This document shows positions 1 to 8,041 of a DNA stretch of 64,000 bases, in pieces. The notes beneath the pieces are model-generated. The model did no database searches, was not told the origin of the DNA, and was given only the letters and a program-made list of their open reading frames with translations. Position 1 is the first letter of the stretch. Every line of letters starts with the position of its first letter. Both the position numbers and the translations under genes were made by a program. Location: positions 4,853 through 68,852 of IMG/VR virus record IMGVR_UViG_3300029305_005257, one strand, 5' to 3'. The DNA comes from a virus (Duplodnaviria; Caudoviricetes).

Positions 1-2
1 AG

Positions 3-2360
3 CAATATCAAGATAGAATTGCAAGGTTATATCCTGAATTACGAAAAGAAGACGATGATGGAAACTTATCTTCGAAAACGCTATCTCGTACTATCACATT
101 TCAAGTTACAGATGCATGTAATCTCGCATGTAGCTACTGTTATCAAATCAATAAGGGGAAAAGGAAGATGACTTTTGAAACTGCAAAAAAATTTATTGAT
201 CTTCTTTTGAGCGGTGATAAAGGTATGAAATCATATGTTAGTCCAGAATTTTCTCCAGCGATCATTATAGAATTTATTGGTGGTGAACCATTCTTAGAAA
301 TAGAACTAATTGACAAAATTTGTGATTATTTTTTCCACGAATGTATTAGATTAGATCATCCGTGGGCAACTATGCACATGTTCAGCATTTGTTCAAATGG
401 TGTATTGTATTCTGATCCGAGGGTACAAAAATTCTTAACAAAGCATAAAGATAATGTATCATTTTCTATTACAATTGATGGAAATAAAGAGCTTCATGAT
501 AGTTGTAGAGTATTTCCAGATGGTAGACCTAGTTATGATATTGCAGTAGCCGGAGCCATGGATTGGATGCGTAAAGGATATTATATGGGTAGTAAAATTA
601 CAATCGCTCCTGGAAATTTAGAATATTTATATACTGCTATAACTCACATGATTGAATTAAACTATCTCGATATTAATGCCAATTGTGTATATGAAGAAGG
701 GTGGGAACAACATCATGCTACAGAATTCTATTATCAATTAAAGAAAATTTGTGATTATGTTTTAGAAAGAGATTTGGTTGATAAGATATATATATCATTA
801 TTTATAGATACTTTCTTTAAACCAAAGCAACCTGATGATTTAAACAATTGGTGTTTTAGAGCAGGAACTATGATTTCAACACCTAAAGGATATGTACCAA
901 TCGAAGATTTGAATTTATACGATGAGGTATATACTAAGGATAATGAGATCCATATAATAGAAGAATTAACCACTCATGATGCGGACAATGGATATATAAT
1001 TAAAGCAAGTGGAATGTTTAAGACATTTACTACATCGGAACACCCATATTTATGTAAAAAGTTTTTATATGTTGGTAATAAAGGTAAATATAAGTATGCG
1101 AAACCAGAATGGATTCCAGTAAAAGATATAAGCAAAGGTGATAAAATCGCATTATCTATTCATAAATTTGGTGATATCGAAATAGATTCTCATATTGCGT
1201 ATGTTGTTGGAAGATATATCGGTGACGGATGGTGTTCGGTTGGTAATTATAAAATATGCTGTGCCTTTGACGAAAAGGATGAATTAATGTCTAAGCTTGA
1301 AGAAGCAAATATTGATTTTTCATTTGATAAATATTCTACAGTTTATCAATTCAACATTTTAAAATCAAATAAAGAACTTATTGAAATAATTGATCAGTGT
1401 GGTCATTGTGCAAAAGAAAAACATTTGCCACTTAATATTTATAGCTGGTCTGAATCTTCAGTATTGTCCTTATTAGAGGGATTATTTGATGCAGACGGGT
1501 ATTATCGTCCAAGTTATAAACTTCAACGAATTAATACAGTGAGTTTTACTTTAGCCGTTGAATTGTTAGAAGTTATTCGCTCATTGGGTTATTTCCCAAC
1601 ATGTAGTATAGATGAACGTGCTGGTGAAAGTATAATTGATGGTCGTAGAGTGAATATCAGAGATAGATATGAAATTTGCTTTAAGACTGATATGAGTACT
1701 AGATATATGGAATATGATGAGGATAATCATGTTGTATGGACTACAGTACGTTCTGTTAAAGAAACCGAAGAGAATTATAATGTATATAATATGACAGTTA
1801 ATAACAATCATACGTTTATTGCAAATGGTGCAGTAGTACACAATTGTGGTGGCACGGGTCTCATGTTATCTTGTGATCCAGATGGGTATCTTTATCCATG
1901 TATTAGATATATGGAAAGTTCGTTAGGATGCTCGAGAAAACCGTTGCGTATTGGTAGTGTAGACGATGGTATAGGTAATACAGAAGAATATGCCGGCACA
2001 ATCAATTGTCTTAATTGTATCAATCGTAGAACTGAAAGTACAGATGAATGTTTCTATTGTCCTATTGCAGAAGGATGTTCCTGGTGTTCAGCTTATAATT
2101 ACCAAGTAAATGGAACTCCAGATAGTAGAGTAACATACATTTGTGAAATGCATAAAGCAAGAGCATTAGCAAATGCTTATTACTGGTCCAAATATTATGA
2201 GCGTAAAGGAATGGACAAAAATTTCGAACTTTACGTTTCTAGGGATTGGGCTCTAAAAATTATTCCAGAAGATGAATTTAATTATCTTTTATCTCTTCCT
2301 AATGTAGAATATAAAGGAAATACAAGCTGGGAAGAATTAAAGAAACAATATGAAGAATAA
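3..2360 (+). CDS. Radical SAM/SPASM protein, probable CXXX-repeat-target peptide maturase type; 5'-truncated by the window edge; contains an intein
   Basis: The frame is open from base 3, upstream of the ORF-track ATG at 168, and reads QYQDRIARLYPEL...TITFQVTDACNLACSYCYQ (CxxxCxxC). It also has FIGGEP, SITIDG, and the C-terminal SPASM motifs W-CGGTG...DGYLYPC and CFYCPIAEGCSWC. Confidence 0.9.
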   Translation, partial: QYQDRIARLYPELRKEDDDGNLSSKTLSRTITFQVTDACNLACSYCYQINKGKRKMTFETAKKFIDLLLSGDKGMKSYVSPEFSPAIIIEFIGGEPFLEIELIDKICDYFFHECIRLDHPWATMHMFSICSNGVLYSDPRVQKFLTKHKDNVSFSITIDGNKELHDSCRVFPDGRPSYDIAVAGAMDWMRKGYYMGSKITIAPGNLEYLYTAITHMIELNYLDINANCVYEEGWEQHHATEFYYQLKKICDYVLERDLVDKIYISLFIDTFFKPKQPDDLNNWCFRAGTMISTPKGYVPIEDLNLYDEVYTKDNEIHIIEELTTHDADNGYIIKASGMFKTFTTSEHPYLCKKFLYVGNKGKYKYAKPEWIPVKDISKGDKIALSIHKFGDIEIDSHIAYVVGRYIGDGWCSVGNYKICCAFDEKDELMSKLEEANIDFSFDKYSTVYQFNILKSNKELIEIIDQCGHCAKEKHLPLNIYSWSESSVLSLLEGLFDADGYYRPSYKLQRINTVSFTLAVELLEVIRSLGYFPTCSIDERAGESIIDGRRVNIRDRYEICFKTDMSTRYMEYDEDNHVVWTTVRSVKETEENYNVYNMTVNNNHTFIANGAVVHNCGGTGLMLSCDPDGYLYPCIRYMESSLGCSRKPLRIGSVDDGIGNTEEYAGTINCLNCINRRTESTDECFYCPIAEGCSWCSAYNYQVNGTPDSRVTYICEMHKARALANAYYWSKYYERKGMDKNFELYVSRDWALKIIPEDEFNYLLSLPNVEYKGNTSWEELKKQYEE
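852..1844 (+). mobile_element. Intein (331 aa) with LAGLIDADG homing endonuclease
   Basis: Begins CFRAGTMIST, ends NHTFIANGAVVHN followed by Cys(+1). Endonuclease blocks AYVVGRYIGDG and LLEGLFDADG. Removal restores NNW-CGGTG. Confidence 0.95.
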
Positions 2361-2363
2361 TGC

Positions 2364-2395
2364 AAAACCAGCGTAGATTAGTCTACGCTGGTTTT
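2364..2395. terminator. Intrinsic terminator
   Basis: aaaaccagcgtaga-ttag-tctacgctggtttt directly after the rSAM stop codon. Confidence 0.85.
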
Positions 2396-2446
2396 TAATC
2401 CCTTATATAACTATGAAATAACTTAAATAAAAGAGAGGTGATTTTA

Positions 2447-5400
2447 ATGTCTAGTCTTATTAGTGGTAAAGAACTTCAGCAATCACTATTAGAATTAGAA
2501 AATAAAACTACTTCAGCAATAGCTGAAGTAAGAGGAGTATTAAATCCTAAGCTCATTGCTCAGGGTATAGAACCATCTACTGAAAATACATATAGTTCAG
2601 TTATCGGAGATTTAGCGAAATTAAAGACAGTAGAAGATCATCCTTGTAATGGTTCATTGATGGATATAAATTTTGAAGAAAATAAATTATTCTCAAAAAC
2701 ATTATTACCATCTAATGCAGTCATGTTTAGTAATACACGTTCAGTATTTGTAGAAGAGGGACTACTCTACGTATTAGATTTTGATGTAGAAACTTTACAA
2801 ACCACAAATAAAAAAATCTATAAAATAGAACCTTTGTGGAATTTAGCATCTGAATCAAATCTTAAAATTATTAAAGGATTTGATAACAATATTTTCGTTT
2901 ATTCTGATTTTGATTCATATGCTCTGTGCTTATATGGAGATGGAATTGATAAAGACGGAGATATCAAATATTCATTTATTACGTTTGGTAGACCTTTAAC
3001 TATCAAAGATTTTAGAATAGGTGGTACATCGTTAGCATTTATTACAACTGGTAATGATTATTACAGAATTGATTTGTATGAACCATCAAAAGATTATGAT
3101 TTAAGCAACGGCTTATTCAAAGTAAATATGTACTTTGAATCAAATTGTATTTGTGATGGAATGGTAGATTATGTAGGTAGTAAATATGGTGAAGTATATT
3201 TACTTGATAGAATAACAAGAGAATTTAACTTTATTATTGATATTACTGGTAATAGAGATTACGATGCTCATAGATTTAATAGAAATAATAATCCTAATCT
3301 ATACATTCCGATTCTTGCATTCTGTAAGAATTTCAGAAGAATATCGTTTGTTACAGCAGATATACTTTATACTTCATATTCATATTATAATGTAGATTTT
3401 GAAAAAGGTCTTAGTACATTTACACTTCCTATCAAAATGAGTATAGCAGATTTTGCGGTAAATAGAGTGGATTATCACGCTAGAGCTATTGTCTATGGAT
3501 TAGATGAGAATCTCAATGCGATTGCTTATTCGTTTACCAGATCTGATGAACCATTAGAAAAGGTTATATTGGGAGATGAAGATAAATTTCCTCAGTATGT
3601 AACCTTTGGTGTAATTGATGATGCAGCTGTTATGATATCAGTATATGAAAATACAGTGAAAGCTTCCGATTGCTATTCTGAGGAAGATATCATAAATAAC
3701 AATATTAAAGATTATAAATATACTACTATGACTATGAGTTATGCAGTATACGAGAATAAAAATTATACATTCTATCCAGAATTTAATCCTTTATTTATTC
3801 CTAGTAAGGTAGTATCTAATAACAATGCTACAGTAGTAATTGGAGAAACTGGTATATCTCCATTATTTAATATAGCAGTGACTAAAGATCAAATTCATTG
3901 GAATATTGTAAATATACCAAAAGATATTGCAATCAATGTACAGGATATTGCAGTTAACGATAATCTTTTTGTAATGTGTGGTTACGATAAGGATATTCTC
4001 ATAAGTAATTATGGATATAATTGGGAAAGTATAAAAGTATATACAACTGGGCTTATTGCTAATGTATCTATTACATATAATAAGTACCATGATAGATTTT
4101 ACATCTTAAGCGATGATATGGAAATCGTTGAATTTAATCCAAATGATAAATCTTTAAGATACCATGCTAATATTGATATCACCGATGTAATCGGGGAAAA
4201 AATTATGAGTTATAGAGAAAAACTGCTTATGACTGCCAAAATGAATGACGGAACAGTGAACACATTTGTTAGTAAAAATGATTTGGAAAATCCAGACCCA
4301 ATGGTATCGACATTTATTATTAGAGAATTTTCTTTCTTTAATGATGTAGAAGGATTATATGCTATTCATGCATCCGTAATTGATATGATAGAAGTTGGGG
4401 AAGAAACATATGCAGTATACCGTTTAGATAAACCGTATATGGAAACTCCTGTTCTTAAGAATGACAAGAATCTTATATACGGTGTATTAGTTAGACATTT
4501 TACTTTTGATAAAGATCTATCATATGGAGGTATATTGATTGATGATTGTTTGTTTAGAGTAGCATTTGCCTACGATCCAAATAAGCCTTTAACAATCACA
4601 AAGTATCTGAATAATATCATTATCAATCACGCAAGAGATGATTTAAAAGTACATATAGGTGATTTAAAATCAAATACAGTAGTATGTCAAGAAATTGATG
4701 GTTCTATGTATGGTGTAGTAATTACAACTGCCAAATGTTCATCTGTATCTTCAGGTTATATTCATTTCTTACAGGAGAATATTAATAAGTTTACTAGAAT
4801 GAGTTATATCTTATCTAGTGATAAACCATACATTCCCATGGTAAGTGATTTAGATTTGGACATTGGTAAAAAAGCTTATCAGATCAAGGAATATAATCTT
4901 GAATCTGTATCTACTGGTCCTGATAAGAATGGTGATAAAGAGCATTATCCAGTTTTATTGAGTAATCTGGAAGATGTAAGTTGTGGACCTATTATTTATA
5001 CAGATAGATTTATTAAATTAGCTAATAGTAATATTGCTCATACAAGTAAAGATGGAATGAACTGGGGCGTAATTAGAATGCCAGTTTCTGGTCAGTGGAC
5101 TGATATTGCATATGGTAATGGAGTATATGTGGCAGTAAGATATATAAATACATTATATGGAGAAGTATATTATTCATTTAATCTTTATGATTGGTATAAG
5201 GCGAATATCCCTGCAATAACTCAGGGATGGAGTGAAGTTATGTTTGATAATGGATTATTTGTAGTAAGTGCTACAAATGTTGCTGGTAAATATGTATTAG
5301 AATCTACAAATGGAATTAACTGGACAGCAAATGAGTTTAATAGCAATATCAATAAGATTAGAATGTGCCATAGTAATACTAATACAGTTCTATACTTTAC

Positions 5401-6199
5401 CATGAATTCAATATCTCCAGATGGTGGATATTATCGGAGTGATACAAAGACTTTGTACACAAGTACTAATGGAGATGGTACAATTATAACAAATCTTATT
5501 GATATGACAGGAAAAACTGAAGATGATAATACAAATGTGGAGTTTTCATTTTTATTAGAATCAAATGGTGTAGTTAGAAGATATTGTAACGGAGAAGCTG
5601 ACGATATATGTCAAATTCCAGGCAATCCTACAACAATGAGAATGATAAAAGATGAACATGGTAGATACATTTTATTCTTCTATAAAGTAGGGGATTATCA
5701 TTTGTATATGGAAATACTCAATAGTCCAGACGAGTTATGGAGACCTATTAAGATAGATTTATTAAGTCCTATTGAATTAGACTCATCTCATTTGATTTGC
5801 TATTATGATGATAAAATCATCATTGGTACAAAGATTCCTTCTATTATTAATTTAAGAGATACTTACTCTGATATAATCGAGGGAACGTTTATTGTTATGG
5901 CAGGTGAAATTCATAGAGAATCTTTACCATTTACACCAGATCATGTATTTTTATTTGGTGCAAAATCTTATATTTGTGATAGTAAATTTCTTCTTGGGGA
6001 AATTCATTCGGAAAAAATAGTAACTGTTAACGGAAGTAATCAGTCTACTCTTACTACATTTAATAATACGAATAGTAGCATTGGAGTTAGATCTGAATCA
6101 GAGAATAAGATTTTAACTAAGGCTTTTGTATTCAAGAATAATACAATGAGTGATAGACATATTAATTACATCGCAATAAAAGAAGATCATTATAAATAA
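2447..6199 (+). CDS. Large beta-propeller-rich protein, probable tail appendage/receptor-binding protein
   Basis: Start placed at ATG 2447 behind GAGGTG. The N-terminal segment (LIAQGIEPSTENTYSSVIGDLAKL) resembles tail-fibre N-terminal anchors. Asp-box-like repeats TKDQIHW, SKDGMNW, STNGINW and WTDIAYGNGVYVAV. Confidence 0.55.
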   Translation: MSSLISGKELQQSLLELENKTTSAIAEVRGVLNPKLIAQGIEPSTENTYSSVIGDLAKLKTVEDHPCNGSLMDINFEENKLFSKTLLPSNAVMFSNTRSVFVEEGLLYVLDFDVETLQTTNKKIYKIEPLWNLASESNLKIIKGFDNNIFVYSDFDSYALCLYGDGIDKDGDIKYSFITFGRPLTIKDFRIGGTSLAFITTGNDYYRIDLYEPSKDYDLSNGLFKVNMYFESNCICDGMVDYVGSKYGEVYLLDRITREFNFIIDITGNRDYDAHRFNRNNNPNLYIPILAFCKNFRRISFVTADILYTSYSYYNVDFEKGLSTFTLPIKMSIADFAVNRVDYHARAIVYGLDENLNAIAYSFTRSDEPLEKVILGDEDKFPQYVTFGVIDDAAVMISVYENTVKASDCYSEEDIINNNIKDYKYTTMTMSYAVYENKNYTFYPEFNPLFIPSKVVSNNNATVVIGETGISPLFNIAVTKDQIHWNIVNIPKDIAINVQDIAVNDNLFVMCGYDKDILISNYGYNWESIKVYTTGLIANVSITYNKYHDRFYILSDDMEIVEFNPNDKSLRYHANIDITDVIGEKIMSYREKLLMTAKMNDGTVNTFVSKNDLENPDPMVSTFIIREFSFFNDVEGLYAIHASVIDMIEVGEETYAVYRLDKPYMETPVLKNDKNLIYGVLVRHFTFDKDLSYGGILIDDCLFRVAFAYDPNKPLTITKYLNNIIINHARDDLKVHIGDLKSNTVVCQEIDGSMYGVVITTAKCSSVSSGYIHFLQENINKFTRMSYILSSDKPYIPMVSDLDLDIGKKAYQIKEYNLESVSTGPDKNGDKEHYPVLLSNLEDVSCGPIIYTDRFIKLANSNIAHTSKDGMNWGVIRMPVSGQWTDIAYGNGVYVAVRYINTLYGEVYYSFNLYDWYKANIPAITQGWSEVMFDNGLFVVSATNVAGKYVLESTNGINWTANEFNSNINKIRMCHSNTNTVLYFTMNSISPDGGYYRSDTKTLYTSTNGDGTIITNLIDMTGKTEDDNTNVEFSFLLESNGVVRRYCNGEADDICQIPGNPTTMRMIKDEHGRYILFFYKVGDYHLYMEILNSPDELWRPIKIDLLSPIELDSSHLICYYDDKIIIGTKIPSIINLRDTYSDIIEGTFIVMAGEIHRESLPFTPDHVFLFGAKSYICDSKFLLGEIHSEKIVTVNGSNQSTLTTFNNTNSSIGVRSESENKILTKAFVFKNNTMSDRHINYIAIKEDHYK

Positions 6200-6200
6200 A

Positions 6201-6236
6201 AAAAAGAGTAGGGTTGTTTTATTCCCTACTCTTTTT
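6201..6236. terminator. Bidirectional terminator
   Basis: aaaaagagtaggg-N10-ccctactcttttt between convergent genes. Confidence 0.85.
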
Positions 6237-6244
6237 GCCTATGG

Positions 6245-6391
6245 CTATCGAAAGACATAAGGACATATATCCTTTCTCGGACATGAACGCCATTCCGGGC
6301 ATGGACCAGGAATGGCGTAAAGACATCTATTGATATCTTTAACCTCCTTTCTTTCGATATTTTTATTATTTTTTTCTTTAATAATATTCAT
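6245..6391 (-). CDS. Small Cys-rich protein (48 aa), not in the ORF track
   Basis: MNIIKEKNNKNIERKEVKDINRCLYAIPGPCPEWRSCPRKDICPYVFR, with AAGGAGG 6 nt upstream. Confidence 0.6.
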   Translation of the reverse strand: MNIIKEKNNKNIERKEVKDINRCLYAIPGPCPEWRSCPRKDICPYVFR

Positions 6392-6404
6392 ATTTTTCCT
6401 CCTT

Positions 6405-6454
6405 CTGTCCCTATCTATGAGGGGCTAAATAAATTTTATTTTGAAAGGATATAT
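6405..6454 (-). repeat. 50-bp early-gene leader, copy 1 (copy 2 at 56044-56093)
   Basis: Both copies share the identical 19-mer ctgtccctatctatgaggg and the identical 20-mer tttattttgaaaggatatat. Confidence 0.85.
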
Positions 6455-6496
6455 AAACAAGAAATTATTAATAAAATAAAATCATATTTAAAATTT

Positions 6497-6533
6497 AAAG
6501 GAAGGAAAGTGATTTTCATCACCTCCTTCCTTT
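6497..6533 (-). terminator. Terminator-like hairpin
   Basis: aaaggaaggaaagtgat / atcacctccttccttt, an imperfect inverted repeat after the 6544-6918 gene. Confidence 0.6.
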
Positions 6534-6543
6534 TATGCACAGT

Positions 6544-6918
6544 TTAGAATTCTATATACTCTCTAAACTGTACAAATTCGAAAGCAACTGTCTTGGTTCC
6601 ATCTGGATTTTCAGTTACTTTTCTCTCACTGGTAGCTGCTACACATCGGATTCCTTCTTGCTGGAACGCATTTACCACGCAATAAACCAAGGTGGATTCA
6701 CCTTGGATTAATACCGTAATATTCTCTGGTTCCTCTTTTTGTTTAATGCTTCCAACAATATCGGCAGTGTATGAATGAATACCTTTAGGTGTAGCATCTG
6801 CTGGAACATTTGGAAATGCCCAATCAACGATTTCACCATATGCTTCTGCCGCTTTCTTTTGTTCTTCACTCCACTTTAATGATGGGTGATTAGTAATATT
6901 GTAAAATAATTTTGCCAT
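6544..6918 (-). CDS. Csx20-like (CRISPR type III-associated ring-nuclease-like) protein
   Basis: Motif chain N-x-T-N-H-P-S-x-x-W-S-E-E-Q, YGEIVD-x-x-FP, LIQGE-x-T, GIRCVAATSER, E-x-x-DG, FEFVQFREY matches the family as I recall it. Not database-checked. Confidence 0.65.
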   Translation of the reverse strand: MAKLFYNITNHPSLKWSEEQKKAAEAYGEIVDWAFPNVPADATPKGIHSYTADIVGSIKQKEEPENITVLIQGESTLVYCVVNAFQQEGIRCVAATSERKVTENPDGTKTVAFEFVQFREYIEF

Positions 6919-7006
6919 AATTGGCCTCCTTTTCTGCCCTCTTGGGCTATAAATTTTATTTAGAAGAGAGCTGAATAGCTTTTACCAACTCTTCTATTTC
7001 ACCTAT

Positions 7007-7037
7007 ATTATATATATTCAAAAAAAGAAGATTTACG
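7007..7037 (-). promoter_or_regulatory. Putative early promoter (CGTAA-N16-TATATATAAT)
   Basis: Minus strand CGTAAATcttctttttttgaaTATATATAAT. The same bipartite motif recurs upstream of other small genes. Confidence 0.65.
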
Positions 7038-7088
7038 GATAAAAAAGAGAGAGTTTGTTTTACTTCTAACTCTCAAAAGAAGCTCTTT

Positions 7089-7397
7089 TTAATCGAAAAA
7101 TACTGTAATTTCTAAAACATTTTCACCATACTCTTTAGCATTCATATCCCATCGTGCTTGTATTTGTTGTATATTTGGAAACATGACGTGTTCGATATTT
7201 GCAATACCATTCTCCACATTAAAAGTTACACTTTTTTCTTTAATACGACCGGAAATTGTTACATCTGTTCCATATCCCGAATTTAACCAGGATAACGGTG
7301 TTACATTAAAATAATAGTAACACCCGTCTTTTCCTTTAAGATAAAATGCTCCTACTGCTTGATTAATGTTTGACACTACGTATTCTACTTTTAACAT
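7089..7397 (-). CDS. Hypothetical protein (102 aa)
   Basis: ORF with RBS-like AGAAGG and the same leader architecture as its neighbours. Confidence 0.75.
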   Translation of the reverse strand: MLKVEYVVSNINQAVGAFYLKGKDGCYYYFNVTPLSWLNSGYGTDVTISGRIKEKSVTFNVENGIANIEHVMFPNIQQIQARWDMNAKEYGENVLEITVFFD

Positions 7398-7520
7398 ATT
7401 TTACCTTCTTTCTGCACTATTTGGTGCTTTAAAATAATATTTAGTAGAGACCTAAATAGGTTCCTATAACTCTTTTACTTCACTTTTATTATATAATCAA
7501 AAGTGATTTACGCATAGAAA

Positions 7521-7552
7521 ATAAGAGTACCTATCAAATAAGGTACTCTTAT
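7521..7552. terminator. Terminator
   Basis: ataagagtacct-N8-aggtactcttat. Confidence 0.75.
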
Positions 7553-7567
7553 CATTACATAAATGAA

Positions 7568-7954
7568 TTAAGATTTCAATTCTCTAAATCTTACAAATTT
7601 AGCAATTCTGCTACATTTATATTTGTAATCTTTATCTGTAACCACTATCTGAAATAATGGAAATACACATTTAATGCCTATATTATTTAAGCTGGACACG
7701 ATTTTAATTATAAATACGATGTCTCCCGAAGGTAAAAATGTTATATCTTCTCCATTTAATTTTCTTACGAGCAATTCACCGGCTAATTTCTCTGCATAAT
7801 TTAATATTTCTTCATCGGAAGATTGTAGTATAGTTGGGTTAAAATCTGGTTGCATAATATACTCAATTTCACCATACAATTCTTTTCCAGATTGTAACAA
7901 TACTTCGTCTATTTGCTCGTTGGTTGTGCAGAATATTATAAATTTCTTTGCCAT
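7568..7954 (-). CDS. Divergent paralog of the Csx20-like protein
   Basis: Shares MAK-x-F, YGEI, IT-x-L-x-x-G, GI-x-CV, VT and FV-x-FRE with 6544-6918 but lacks NHPS and ATSER. Confidence 0.6.
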   Translation of the reverse strand: MAKKFIIFCTTNEQIDEVLLQSGKELYGEIEYIMQPDFNPTILQSSDEEILNYAEKLAGELLVRKLNGEDITFLPSGDIVFIIKIVSSLNNIGIKCVFPLFQIVVTDKDYKYKCSRIAKFVRFRELKS

Positions 7955-8041
7955 GATATAGGCTCCTTTCTTTTTTATATTTGTATACCAAAGATAGATA
8001 TAGCGTTATGTATCTCAGTTGTTTCTTTAGTATCACCGTAA

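Noticed and set aside
6245-6391. Small Cys-rich ORFs as substrate of the radical SAM enzyme
   Set aside because: No regular CXXX periodicity, opposite strand and different promoter class.
6436-6519. 27-aa hydrophobic ORF MKITFLPLNFKYDFILLIISCLYILSK on the minus strand
   Set aside because: Its apparent RBS is one arm of a terminator hairpin with poor spacing, and AT-rich DNA readily yields such peptides.
6544-6918. Identification as AcrIII-1 (DUF1874)
   Set aside because: The motifs differ from that family as I recall it. The sequence fits the NH...QG(D/E)...ER...FR-x-Y Csx20-like pattern instead.
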